Part shown: positions 49,368 to 63,561 of the stretch, in pieces
How the letters are laid out: the number at the start of each line of letters is the position of its first letter
How positions within the stretch are numbered: position 1 is the stretch's first letter
Source: Blastocystis sp. Blastoise
Lineage: Eukaryota; Protista; Bigyra: Opalinata
NCBI GenBank assembly: GCA_039096225.1
Contig: JBBPEB010000013.1
Span: 1,116,001-1,180,000 of the forward strand
Reading direction: 5' to 3'
DNA length: 64,000 nt
Position numbers and translations under genes: made by a program
Notes under the pieces: generated by a model
Seen by the model: only the letters and a program-made list of their open reading frames with translations
The model's database searches: none
Told to the model about the DNA's origin: nothing

Positions 49368-52300
49368 TATATATAATATAATATATAGGTGACTCGTGAT
49401 GGTAAGATCGTTGAGATTTTGATATATGATATAGTAGTAGGTGATATAGTTCATATAAATCAGGGTGATAGTATACCATGTGATGGTATATTTATAGCGG
49501 GTAATAAGTTGTCTATAAATGAGAGTAAGTTAACAGGAGAGAGTGATAATGTGATAAAGAATGAGAAAGATCCATTTTTGATATCTTCAACAGAATGTTT
49601 TGAAGGTAGTTGTATAATGTTAGTAACATCAGTAGGAAAGAATAGTGTATTTGGTCGTATGAAATTATTAATAGAAGGTCAAGGTGAAGAACAAACGCCA
49701 CTTCAATTAAAATTAGAAGATTTAACTAAATTTTTATCTACTATTGGTTTAGTAACATGTGGTGTTACTTTATTAGGTATGCTTATTATATATGGTGTAA
49801 GGTATGTAAGATAGAATATATAATAATAATAATAATAAATATATATAAATATATATATATAGATTAGGAAATGAATATGCTGATAAAGAATTTGAATGGA
49901 CAGCAAAGATTGCAAGTGATATATTAGAAATAGTTATTACAGCTGTATCAATGTTAGTTTTAGCTATTCCTGAAGGTTTACCTCTTGCTGTTACTCTTGC
50001 TCTTGCTTATTCTGTTAAACAAATGATGAAAGATAATAATTTAGTATATAAATATAATAAAAATAATAATAATATAATATATAATAAATATAAATATACT
50101 ATAGGTTCGTCATTTAAGTGCTTGTGAAACAATGGGTGGAGCTACAGCTATTTGTAGTGATAAGACAGGTACATTAACTCAAGGTAAGATGAGTGTAGTT
50201 CAAATATGTGAAATGGATAATATAAATAAGAATTTTCATTATTTAAATGAGAATAAAAGTGGAGAAAAAGAAGAATATGAAGAATTTTTAAATAAATGTA
50301 AGAATTTAGATATAAAATATAAAGAAAAGTTATTAGAATGTTGTATATTAAATAATGATGGTTTTTTAAGTAAAGATGAAGAAGGTGAGATAAAAGGAGT
50401 AGGAAGTCCTTTGGATATAGCTTTAATTCATTGGTGTAATCGTTTAGGTATGAATTATGAAGATATTCGTAAGATGTATCCAAATATGGAAGTAATGAAA
50501 GAAGAAGATCGTAATAGAATAGAGAAAGGTGTGATACGTCATTTTGCTTTTCATAGTAATCGTAAGAGATGTTCTTGTTTAGTTAAATATGATAATAATC
50601 ATTATCGTTTATATGTAAAAGGTGCTCCTGAGATTTTATTAAGATTAAGTGATTATGTAGTAGATAATAAAGATATGTTAACTGAATTAACAGGTGAATT
50701 TGAAGAATGTTCTAATGGAAGTATATTAGGTAATGGAAATCGTCGTGAAATAATGAAAGAGAGTGTATATCCAATGGCTACAAATGCTCTTCGTACATTA
50801 GCTATTGCTTATCGTGATTTTGAGAATATAGAAGATTGGGATGAAATGGTTGAATATGAAGATAAGATGAATATAGGTGTAGGTAAATGTCCAAAGATTG
50901 AAAGTCATTTAATATTATTAGGATTTTTAGGTTTTCAAGATCCTGTTCGTCATGAAGTATATATTATATATTATATTATATATTATATATTATATTATTT
51001 ATTATATAATAATATATAAATAAATAATAATAATATATAATAATAATATATAAATAATAATAATTCTTTATAGGTTCCTCATTCTGTAAGTGTTTGTAAT
51101 CATGCTGGTATTCGTGTTCGTATGGTTACTGGTGATAATGTAGCTACTGCTAAAGTAATTGCTCGTCAATGTAATATATATCATGATAAGCCATGGACTG
51201 ATTCTTATGGTATTACTCATTCTAGTGGTATTTGTTTAATGGGTTCTCAATTCCGAGAAATGGCTGGTGGTTTAGTATTACCTGCTCATTTTTATCATGA
51301 ATGTCATTGTAAAGATTGTTCTGAAGAAGATAATTATATAGAGAATTATATAGTATATAGAGGTCAAGAAAAGACTCCTTATCCAAGTATAATTGGTCAT
51401 AAAATATCTGAATGTGATATTTGGACTCCTGAACGAAAAGCTATGGGTAGAAGTGGTTGTACTAGTGAATGTAAAGAACGTGGTTGTATGTATAGTTGTA
51501 AAGATGCTTATGATGATCGTGAAATAGAGAAATATAAGATTGTTCGTAATCAAGGTAAATTTGATGAGATAATAGATACTTTAGATGTAATGGCTCGTGC
51601 TGCTCCTTCTGATAAACAGATTTTAGTAAGTGGATTAATGGAAAGAGATGAAGTAGTAGCTGTTACTGGTGATGGTACTAATGATGGTCCTGCTTTAGCT
51701 AAATCTAGTGTTGGTTTTGCAATGGGTATTGGTGGTACTTCTGTTGCTAAAGAAGCTTCTGATATTATATTAATGGATGATAATTTTTCTTCAATTGTAA
51801 AAGCTTGTATGTGGGGTAGAAATATATATGAAAATATTCGTAAATTTTTACAATTTCAATTAGTAGTTAGTTATGTAGCTGTATTTTTTGCTTTTATTGC
51901 TTCTATGTGGAAAGGAGAAAGTCCTATTCGTGCTGTTCAAATTTTATGGGTTAATTTAGCTATGGATACTATGGCTGGTTTAGCTTTTACTACAGAGAAA
52001 CCAAATGAGAAATTATTAAAGAAGAAACCTTATGGTAAACGTGAAAGTATTATTGCTCCTATAATGTGGCGTAATATATCTGTATCTGTTGTATATAATA
52101 TAATAATATTATTATTAATTCTTGGTTTTGGTGAAGAATGGTTTGAATTAGAAGGACCTAAAAATGATGGAATTAATGAAAATGGAAATACTTTATATAC
52201 TTTTATTTTCCATGTATTTGTATTATTACATGTATTTAATGAATTAAATTCTCGTTGTATTAATAATGAAAGAAATATATTTACTAATTTTAAAAATGCT

Positions 52301-52861
52301 ATTCCTTTCTTTATTATTGTTCTCTCTTCTATTATTATTCAAATTCTTATTGTTCAATTCACTGGACCTGTATTCTCTGTTAAACCATTATCCTGGAAAC
52401 AACATCTATATGCTATTGCTATTGGATTCACTGAAGTCATTCTCTATCAAATAATCGCTTTCATTCCTTATAAATGTTGTGATAAATCTGAAGAAAAATC
52501 TTCTCATCATTATACCTATCAAACTCCTACTCCTACTCCTTCTGCTACTCCTGCTCCTTATTTCGATACTCAGACTCCTATAACTAACTTTGACAAACAA
52601 ATTGAAATTGAAATGACTAAACTTCAAGTTCCTGTTACTACTACTTCTGTTGCTCCTAAACAAGAAGAAACTTATAATGCTGTAGATCATGTTCATGATA
52701 AACCTGTTGCTAAGACTGATGTTAGTGCTCCTATTCAAGAAAAACCTTCAGGTGCAGTTGATGCTGCTATAACTGAACAATCTAAAGATACTGAAGTTAA
52801 ACCTGTTGAACCTACAAAAGAAAATATCAATTCTGAAATTATAAATAATCAAAGTGCATAA
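48611..52861 (+). CDS. PMCA: Plasma-membrane-type Ca2+-ATPase (P2B), multi-exon
   Basis: [60 protein letters not shown]. Confidence 0.96.
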
Positions 52862-54320
52862 GCTTTCTACATATATATTTTTTATATCTTTTTATCTATT
52901 TTATAATTTTGTTGATTAAAAACTTAATATTATTTTATTGTATTGTTTAATATAAATATTCTTTTACATATATAATATGAAACTCAGTTGTTTCTATAAC
53001 TTTACATTTACAAAAAATATATTTTTTATTAATAGTATATAACTGTTTATACAATGGCTTAGAATATTATTTTGTGTAATGCCTGTATGTACGTTTTTAT
53101 AAAAAAGGAAGTAATTTTTCTGATTTGAGGCACATTAGTAATTATAACTGTTTTATGATGTATAATTATAAAATAGAATTTATTTAAAAATTCACATTAT
53201 GTGCTTTTTTTCCTATATACATAATAAGTTGAGACTATAGTTATAGCATTTGCTTTATCATTTTATTTTAACCTTTTAAAATCTTAATAAACGCAAGGTT
53301 TTAGCAAAAAATATAATATATAAAACAGCAATTCTTTTCGATTCTCATCTACGATTTAATTTATATAAGAAATACCCATATGTATTTTTATAATTATTTT
53401 CATACTGAACCATTGACACCAGCTTGAGTAAAAACTAAAAATAATAAATCCACCATTATTGATTATATTATCCAAATTATTTTATATGATATGGGCAGCG
53501 ATAAACATATTAAAGTAGATAATCCTGAAATAAAAATAATACTAATAATAAAAAAAAAAAAAAAAAAATGCAAATTGGAATCCCTATATTCAAAAATGAT
53601 TTTATAAAAAATTAAGTTTAATAAAAACAACTGAATCTTGTTATAACTGTGTGTGTAGTTAGTATTAAAAAAAAAATTAAATGAAAAATATATTTCATTT
53701 GTACATATTTTGCTGATAGAGGAATCTGTTAATGTTTCTGAAATATATTTGTAATTTTGGCTTTGTTTTTGACTTGAACTGAGTTGCAAATTGAAATGCT
53801 TTGATAACTGTTTATTTGATTTTGTATTTTATATTTGCTAAACTTATTTTTACTCTATTCTATATAAATGAGAAAATCGAGAAGGGACTTCAAGGCAAAA
53901 ATGTTTATAGTTACGCTGTTTTAGTTGTTAGATTATAAAATATACTGTCCCTTCTCTTTCTATGTCCATGTTTATGTCAAAACAATGATGTCCATATCAT
54001 CCGAGAGAGTATATACAATGTGTACATGATAATCTATCATGAATTAAAATAAAATAAATATGAAATGCTTGGTTTTGAACAAATTAGTTTATTATTCCAA
54101 AAATGGGTAAAATGTCAGTGAAAATCACGGGAATCACATAATAAGCGCCATGAGACGACAAAAAAATCCAGGGGTTAAATTATTTTCTTCATACAAAATT
54201 GCTGCTTCTTTGAATTTACCCCTTTGAACTTGTTTTTCAAGAAAAAGTTCAAGTGTTGGTTTGTTTTTCTATGTTCTTATTAATATAAACTTTTGTTTAG
54301 AGGTAATTATATTTTTGACC

Positions 54321-54776
54321 ATGTCTTCTAAGATCTCCGTATATATATATACATATTATGGAATTCTTTATCTAATTAACAAATATTCTTATGAACATTT
54401 TTAATTTAATTACAAAGATCTCCAAAAAAGCTACTGAAGGTATTAACTCCCGTCTTCAACTTGTCGTCAAGTCTGGTAAATATCAACTTGGTTACAAGAG
54501 CGTCCTTAAGACCATTCGTTCTGATAAGGCTAAGCTCATTATCGTCGCTTCTAACTGTCCTCCTCTTAGAAAGTCCGAAATTGAATATTATGCTCTTCTT
54601 GCTAACGTAGAAGTTCATCAATATTCTGGTACCAACACTGATCTCGGTACTGCCTGTGGTAAATACTTCAATGTCTCCACCATGAGTATTACTGATCCTG
54701 GTATGTTTTTTATTTTTTGTATTTATTTCTATGTTATTTATATATAGGTGATTCTGATATTCTTCGTAACATCTAA
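54321..54776 (+). CDS. RPL30: 60S ribosomal protein L30 (eL30)
   Basis: [19 protein letters not shown]...[14 protein letters not shown]...LGTACGKYF...DPGDSDI; introns 54339-54417 and 54701-54747. Confidence 0.97.
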
Positions 54777-54886
54777 ATGTTATAAAAGTATAGCCTCCAA
54801 ACAATTTATGATTTGTTTTGTTGTTTTTGTGATGTATAAAAATAGGAATAATAAACATTAAAATAAAAATTAACATATATATAAAA

Positions 54887-55560
54887 TTATTCATTATTTT
54901 CATTTTTTGGAACAAGAACTCTGATTCTCGTTTCAATATCCTTGATCAACCAAGATAAAGCTGCAGTGATGCCACCTTCTTCTAAAGGAAGTACAGCTGA
55001 AGCTTTAAATATACCCCAATGATGAGACATATTACAACTTTGTAAATTCATTTTCTATTATACATATAAGAATATATCTTTAATACAATAATATATACCT
55101 CTGATATCTCCTCCACAGACATACATCCATCTATATCAGACTTATTACATATTAATAATACTGTTGCACCAGCAAGTCTCTCTTCAAGAACAAGATGTTC
55201 AAATTCTTTTCGACAATCATCTATTCTTCTTTTATCAGCACTATCGATAACCCATATAACACCATCAGTCTATATAAAAAAATTATTAATATATATAATA
55301 TGTGAAATTACTTGTTCGAAATAGTTTCTCCAATATGTACGAATCGTTTTCTGACCACCTACATCCCAAATATTTAATTTATATCCATCATATTCAAGTG
55401 TTTTAATGTTGAATCCTAGCGTTGGACTAATACTATTAATGTCCTCGCCACATAATCGTTTTAATATTGTGGTTTTTCCAGAATTATCTAATCCAAGCAT
55501 TAAGATTCTTATCTCTTTTTCTTTTTGTTTGATTTTCTTTAAAACTGATAAAAAACCCAT
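54887..55560 (-). CDS. ARL2: ADP-ribosylation factor-like GTPase 2
   Basis: [61 protein letters not shown]; two introns. Confidence 0.93.
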
Positions 55561-55852
55561 TCTGATAAAATAAAAAAAGTGTGGCAAAAAAAATAAATAT
55601 TAAAAAAAAAATATTATGGAATACAATTATGAAAGAAAAATTAAAAATATAAGAATAATTATGATTATAAAAAGATGAATAAAGATTATGATATGAATAG
55701 ATAATGATTAATTATGAATATGATTATTATTAGTAAAAAATATATAAATATAATAAAAAGAAGAAATAACAAAACAAGAAATGAAGAATGAAATATAATG
55801 AGAAAAAAAATAATAATAATAATTAAAATATATATATATATATATATATTAA

Positions 55853-56415
55853 TTATTTGCCTATTTGTACAGAATTTGTATTTGTGATAGGATTTGCAGT
55901 ATATTCCTAAATAAAAAAAGATGAATAATAATAAAAATAATAAATAGAATAATAAAATAAATAAAAATAAATAAATAAAAATGAATAAAAATAAATAATA
56001 AAAATAAAATAAATAAATACTTGAACCATAGCAATAAGTTTATTAGATCCATTTTGGAATTGTTTAATATCTTCTAAATATAATAATTTCATGACAACAC
56101 AACATTTATTTAACATTTCATTATTTGTATTAAATCCAAGAGGATATTGTTTATAATTCCATTCGATGATTTGAGATTCATTTTGATTTGAATTTATAGG
56201 AAAGCCATTAGGATAACGAGATTTCAGTTCATTTTTGATTTGCTAGTTATAATAATAAATATAAATAAATATAAATAAAATATAATAAATAGAATAATAA
56301 TATACAGTAATAATAGAGAGTAAATCAATATCTTCAGAATAATTAATATTTAATAAATTACATATAGAATGTATTGTTTCTCGATTTATTTCAATCTCTA
56401 TATTATTATTATTAT

Positions 56416-56448
<33 letters not shown>

Positions 56449-56464
56449 TACAGTAATAATAATC

Positions 56465-56501
<37 letters not shown>

Positions 56502-57106
56502 TAATAAATACTTTTCATTATATTTTCTTTATTAGGTATAACATTATTATATAAATCAGCTATATAATAATAAATAGATTAATAATAATAATAATAATAA
56601 TATAAATATTTACCTTTATCTTCATATTCAATACTAATAGCATAAGATGTTATCCATAATAATATCTTTATCTTATTTTCTTCACAATAAGATTCTTTTA
56701 TAGGACAAGCCAAATTATATAAATATTTATATAATTCTTTGTTCCAATTACTATTATTACATCGAATTCCTATTCTTTCTTCAGGAGGATACCTTTAAAT
56801 ATATTTATATTTATTATTATTATTATAATATACATTCTTATAATTGTATCTTCTAACCATGATATAATATTCACAACAATCTGTTTATCTAAAAAATATT
56901 ATTATTTTTATTATTATAATAAAAAATAAAATATAAATAAATTTAATAAATATAATAAATATAATAAATATAATAAATATAAATAAACATAAATAAATAT
57001 AATAAATATAATAAATCATACTTAATAAATTTTGATTTTCTGCAAAAGGACAACCTAAGATATTTAATCGTTTCTTTATTGCATTAATTGAATTATTTAT
57101 TGACAT
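55853..57106 (-). CDS. RTRAF: RTRAF / C14orf166 (CGI-99) homologue, copy 1
   Basis: WLEDTIIRMYPPEER...YLYNLACP...LGFNTNNEML...KLLYLEDIKQFQ...ANPITN aligns by eye with the RLL-motif family. Confidence 0.85.
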
Positions 57107-58202
57107 AATAATTAAATAATAATAAAAAGAAGAAATAAAGAAACAAATAACGAAACAAACTGAAAATGAAAGTAAAACATCTGAATATATTTTAAGAATA
57201 TATTAGTCATTGAAACTGGATTATTTTTGTTGTTTATTTTTTCTTTTCTTTTTTGTTGTTAAAGAGAAAATGAAAATTTCTGATAGAAATTTCTTTATTA
57301 TAGTATTCTTTTCTTTTTAGTAAAAGAAGGATTGATTTTTTTGAATTTGATTTGATTTCTATTTAATATATTAAATATAATACGAATGAGTCGACAAATC
57401 AATTGTTTTGGTTTAATATCTTCTTTAATATTATTTTATATAATAATATATTGTTTATTATATGGTTCTTCTCTAGATTATTCTGTAAGTTTGTTTAATT
57501 ATTGTAATATTTATTATTGTAATATTTAATATATATGATATAGGGTATGTTACGATCATTTGAAAATGAAGAAAAACGTGAAGTAAATATATTTATTTTT
57601 TCTTTATTATGAATATTATGTTGATAAAATATATATTTATTGATTTATTAAATTATATAGGCTCTTGAAAAAGCTCAAAAAATAATTATGAATAAGTTAG
57701 ATAATTTAAATAATAAATAATATTGATTCAAAAATATTTTTATTTTATTTTTTTTTAAATTTAAAAATTTAATTTAATTTTTATATTAATAATATATATA
57801 TATATATATATTATTATTATTTTTTTTTTTTATTGCTGTTTTTAACTAATATTTGCTTGCTTACTATTATTATTATTATCTCTCTTTTTTTTATTTTATT
57901 TTATTTTTTATTTATTTATTTCTAATTTTTAATATTTTATTTTAATTATATTATATTTTGAAAAGAAGAAATGAAATATATTTATTTTATTTTTTATTTT
58001 TTATTTTTATTTTGTAAAAGAAGAAATGAAATTTATTTTATGTTATTTTTTATTTATTTTGTAAAAGAAGAAATGAAACATAATTATAATTTTAACCATT
58101 TATTTAACACAAAACATCTTATCACAATCAAATGAATGCACATTCAAAGAAATATTCATATAATAACACACATTCTAAAACTATTGAAGATAAATATAAT
58201 TT
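55977..58202. repeat. Left arm of an inverted segmental duplication (at least 2.2 kb)
   Basis: Reverse complement of 61771-64000, including introns and intergenic DNA. Confidence 0.95.
57386..57720 (+). CDS. Small (65 aa) single-TM protein, 3 exons, copy 1
   Basis: In-frame spliced ORF MSRQINCFGLISSLILFYIIIYCLLYGSSLDYS/GMLRSFENEEKRE/ALEKAQK...; faint DPM3-like layout, not confirmed. Confidence 0.55.
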
Positions 58203-59503
58203 TATTTAAATATATATAAAAATTATTATGTTTTTAAAAATGTTGATACTTAAGAAATGTTATTGTATAATACTATTATACTTCTTTGTTAATAAAATAG
58301 AACACTGATTTTAATAACTGAATATTTTTTACTCTTTAAATACCTAAAACAAAGTTGCTTACAATATATTGAGTATATATTATACAGTGTTTGAATAGAA
58401 TAAGAAGAAGGAAAAGTAATTCAGAAAACTCATGATGAATAAAACATTATAATGTGGTTCTATATACAAACTTTGTAGTTGTAACTCTCTCCATGTGTAA
58501 AACAACACAATAAAGAAGTATAAACTTATAGTTTCTAATGAATAATAGATAACATCATATGAATATGTTTATTTTGGTTCATAAATATTAAATATCATCT
58601 GAATGTATTCCATGCAATAAACATTAAGATAAAGTATTTTTAGAGAACTTAGAATATGAATTAGCTTCATTCTTTTCAACTAACAATGATTCTGTGGATA
58701 AATGATTTTTCTAAAGATATCAATAAATATATACTGCTATAATAACTAATTGTGAATTAAAATCTGAAAAAAGTAAGATAGAGGCTTTTCATTGCAATAA
58801 TATGGTTCTTTTTAATTAATCTATTACAATCCAATACGATACATTTCTCCATAGCATTGCACAATACGATACAGTTTCTATTACAAATAAAAACATTAAA
58901 TGATTGTAAGAAAGTTTGTTTTATTGAAGCTCCTTTAGATACTATAGTTCTGACATCCAATCATATAGTATATCATTCTATACTTATAAGATAAGTACCA
59001 ATCAAGCTAAATTGAACAATTAAGATAGTATTGATAAAAATATAACTCCAGAAAGCCTATATAATAAAAATAGGTATATCTCCAGACTGAATAAAACGGT
59101 AAATAGTATTCAGTATACTGCTATTCTTTAAATAGGATACCTGTGCTACTAATTTTGTCTCATACAAGTCTATCTCTTGAATATTCACATGTCACTTGCT
59201 TATCTTATTTGCTTAGTGATTTCTATTTGAACCAACCATTTATTCTTATGATAAAAAATGATTTTAAAAACTATTTGAAAATGTTTCTTTTGTCCACTTT
59301 TTGTTTTTTCCCTTTGAAACACAGTATAATCACGGTTTTCGAAAACAACTTGAATAATTCTCATTCGCAAAAAATTTGCTAAATTAAATTTCCGTGGGTA
59401 TTTTTCAAAAACTACAGATTTTCCAAATTTAGACAAAGCACTTTTTTATATCTACTTGGTTGCGTTCATGTTGACATTAATTACACAAAAGATTAACCAT
59501 AAT

Positions 59504-60660
59504 ATGAAGAGATATTTAAACATCCTTCTTTATGTGGAAACTGTTGTGCTGATTGTTGTCGTGTTATCAGTTGCATTGATAGCTAGAGGAGGCAGTTACA
59601 AAAATGGATTTGTATTATTTTCTTTTTCTTTTGACATTGTTTAATTTATTCTTTATGATAGATCCTCAGAGGAAATCCAACAAAAAATATAGTTGGAATG
59701 ACTAAGTACGGGTTTGTAAGCAGTATCCCTGCCACAGAAGGCAATTATGATGTCACTTTGATCACACAAACTTCGTATTTTTAAAAGACTCTTATTTCGA
59801 ATACAAATATTTATATTTAGAACACTAAGACTGTTTTATTTTCCTTATCTTTTATCAAGATGGTCAGGGTATGTTATTATTTAATAGAATTTTATTGTTT
59901 TACTCAATAGTCCTATGGTTGCGGCAATTTTCCTGAAGAAAGCAGATGAAGAGGAGTTTAAAGAATTTATTAATGCTGTTTCATTATCACAACGTCTTCA
60001 TTTAGTTCGTTACCGTCCTGTCGATGAGTCAATTTATCCTTATAATAAATTACGTAATATAGCTGTAGCTCGTGTTACTACTTCTCATTTTTGGGTCGCA
60101 GATATGGACATGTGGCCAGCAGGTATCTATTTATATCATTATTCTAATCTATTATGTTTAATTATATTCAATTATATTCAATTATATTCAATTATATTCA
60201 ATTGTATACAATTATATTCAATTATATACAATTATATTCAATTATATATAATTATATTTAATTATATATAATTGTATATATAATATATATAGAGAATGTA
60301 TATGAAACCCTTCGTAGTTTGCCTGAACAAGTATTATCAAATGATTTCATGGCGGTTATTGTACCCGCCTTTGAATATAAAAAACTTCCTAATTGCGATG
60401 ATTTTGTACCTTGTGTAAAGAAGTAAATCATTCTATATTATATATTATATTAAGATAAACACTTATATTCTTAATACTATCTTTGTTTATTTATCGATAC
60501 ATATATTTATTTCTATAAGTATAATGATGTATGTATATAAATAGAGTAATTCCTCATGTCCCTCGTAATCGTCACGAACTCACTGGATGTATATCTCAAC
60601 AAATGTGTCAACCCTTCAGACCTGGAGCTTGGGTCCATGTATATATATATATATATATAT

Positions 60661-60711
<51 letters not shown>

Positions 60712-61406
60712 TTTTATTTATTTATTTATTTATTTTATTTATCTTCATTGAATAGAATCATATACAATTACATTATTATTTTATCTCTTACTTAAATGTA
60801 CATATATCAATAGGATTATTTAACAGAGGATTGGTATAGAGAGGATTATCATAATCCTCTTCTTATGGTCCCTTGCTTCAAATCTGTCAAACAAGAACCG
60901 TATATATATATATTATTACATATAATCATAAGAATAATACATTTATATTATAATCATATATAATATACGTCTATATGTATATAGTTATGTGATGGTGAAG
61001 CGTTCTGTATATTTACCGCCATTTGACGAGCGGTTTATTAATTACGGTAAAGATAAGATTAGTTGGATTGAACATCTACGATATAGTGGGTATTTATTTG
61101 GTGTTTTGAAGGATGCCTTTGCTATTGATATTCCACATCCAAGGTATATTCATATAAGAACTGTTAGTATTATTAGCATTTATTATATAATTATTATTAT
61201 ATATTACTGCAGTCATTATTAATTAGCTATGTATATATATATATAGATCCGAATTAGCAAAGGTATTTTATAATAAGTTATTCACAGAGGGTGGAATGTC
61301 TATAGATATGAATATTTTATGGTTGGATTTCGTAAAGGAATTACATGAGAAATATCCAGATAGAAGTGTCACTTATCTCTGCGATAAGCTAGGAAAAGAT
61401 TATTAA
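59504..61406 (+). CDS. GT49 / LARGE-like glycosyltransferase, type II membrane protein, multi-exon
   Basis: N-terminal TM, DVTLITQTS, RWSGP, YPYNKLRNIA, ADMD (DxD), VPAFE, EPY, FDERFINYGKDK. Confidence 0.9.
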
Positions 61407-61615
61407 TATAATTATTTAACATTATATATATAAATACTTATTTTATTGCTAATATTTCTTATTATATCTTTTATCTTCCATATTTTGTTTAATATTAGAA
61501 GATATATAGTTCTACCTTTTAATTCTTATATGTATAAGTAGTTTCTTATATACTATTTCTTTTTTAATATTACTACTTATTCTGATTATTATATTATATA
61601 TTTTCCTTTTAAAAG

Positions 61616-61650
<35 letters not shown>

Positions 61651-62251
61651 CGATAGTATTAAAACTTTACAGATCTTGATTTATTAATATTTAAATTCTG
61701 TATGTAATATTATTTATATATAAAAACAATTCTATATCTTCTTATTCTTTTTGGCATATTTTTATATTATAAATTATATTTATCTTCAATAGTTTTAGAA
61801 TGTGTGTTATTATATGAATATTTCTTTGAATGTGCATTCATTTGATTGTGATAAGATGTTTTGTGTTAAATAAATGGTTAAAATTATAATTATGTTTCAT
61901 TTCTTCTTTTACAAAATAAATAAAAAATAACATAAAATAAATTTCATTTCTTCTTTTACAAAATAAAAATAAAAAATAAAAAATAAAATAAATATATTTC
62001 ATTTCTTCTTTTCAAAATATAATATAATTAAAATAAAATATTAAAAATTAGAAATAAATAAATAAAAAATAAAATAAAATAAAAAAAAGAGAGATAATAA
62101 TAATAATAGTAAGCAAGCAAATATTAGTTAAAAACAGCAATAAAAAAAAAAATAATAATAATATATATATATATATATATTATTAATATAAAAATTAAAT
62201 TAAATTTTTAAATTTAAAAAAAAATAAAATAAAAATATTTTTGAATCAATA

Positions 62252-62586
62252 TTATTTATTATTTAAATTATCTAACTTATTCATAATTATTTTTTGAGCT
62301 TTTTCAAGAGCCTATATAATTTAATAAATCAATAAATATATATTTTATCAACATAATATTCATAATAAAGAAAAAATAAATATATTTACTTCACGTTTTT
62401 CTTCATTTTCAAATGATCGTAACATACCCTATATCATATATATTAAATATTACAATAATAAATATTACAATAATTAAACAAACTTACAGAATAATCTAGA
62501 GAAGAACCATATAATAAACAATATATTATTATATAAAATAATATTAAAGAAGATATTAAACCAAAACAATTGATTTGTCGACTCAT
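62252..62586 (-). CDS. Small single-TM protein, copy 2
   Basis: Reverse complement of 57386-57720. Confidence 0.55.
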
Positions 62587-62865
62587 TCGTATTATATTTA
62601 ATATATTAAATAGAAATCAAATCAAATTCAAAAAAATCAATCCTTCTTTTACTAAAAAGAAAAGAATACTATAATAAAGAAATTTCTATCAGAAATTTTC
62701 ATTTTCTCTTTAACAACAAAAAAGAAAAGAAAAAATAAACAACAAAAATAATCCAGTTTCAATGACTAATATATTCTTAAAATATATTCAGATGTTTTAC
62801 TTTCATTTTCAGTTTGTTTCGTTATTTGTTTCTTTATTTCTTCTTTTTATTATTATTTAATTATT

Positions 62866-63475
62866 ATGTCAATAAATAATTCAATTAATGCAATAAAGAA
62901 ACGATTAAATATCTTAGGTTGTCCTTTTGCAGAAAATCAAAATTTATTAAATATGATTTATTATATTTATTATATTTATTTATGTTTATTTATATTTATT
63001 ATATTTATTATATTTATTATATTTATTAAATTTATTTATATTTTATTTTTTATTATAATAATAAAAATAATAATATTTTTTAGATAAACAGATTGTTGTG
63101 AATATTATATCATGGTTAGAAGATACAATTATAAGAATGTATCCTCCTGAAGAAAGAATAGGAATTCGATGTAATAATAGTAATTGGAACAAAGAATTAT
63201 ATAAAGTATTATTATATATTAATATATATATATATTAATATATAATAATAGTATTTATATAATTTGGCTTGTCCTATAAAAGAATCTTATTGTGAAGAAA
63301 ATAAGATAAAGATATTATTATGGATAACATCTTATGCTATTAGTATTGAATATGAAGATAAAGGTAAATATTTATATTATTATTATTATTATTATTAATC
63401 TATTTATTATTATATAGCTGATTTATATAATAATGTTATACCTAATAAAGAAAATATAATGAAAAGTATTTATTA

Positions 63476-63512
<37 letters not shown>

Positions 63513-63528
63513 GATTATTATTACTGTA

Positions 63529-63561
<33 letters not shown>

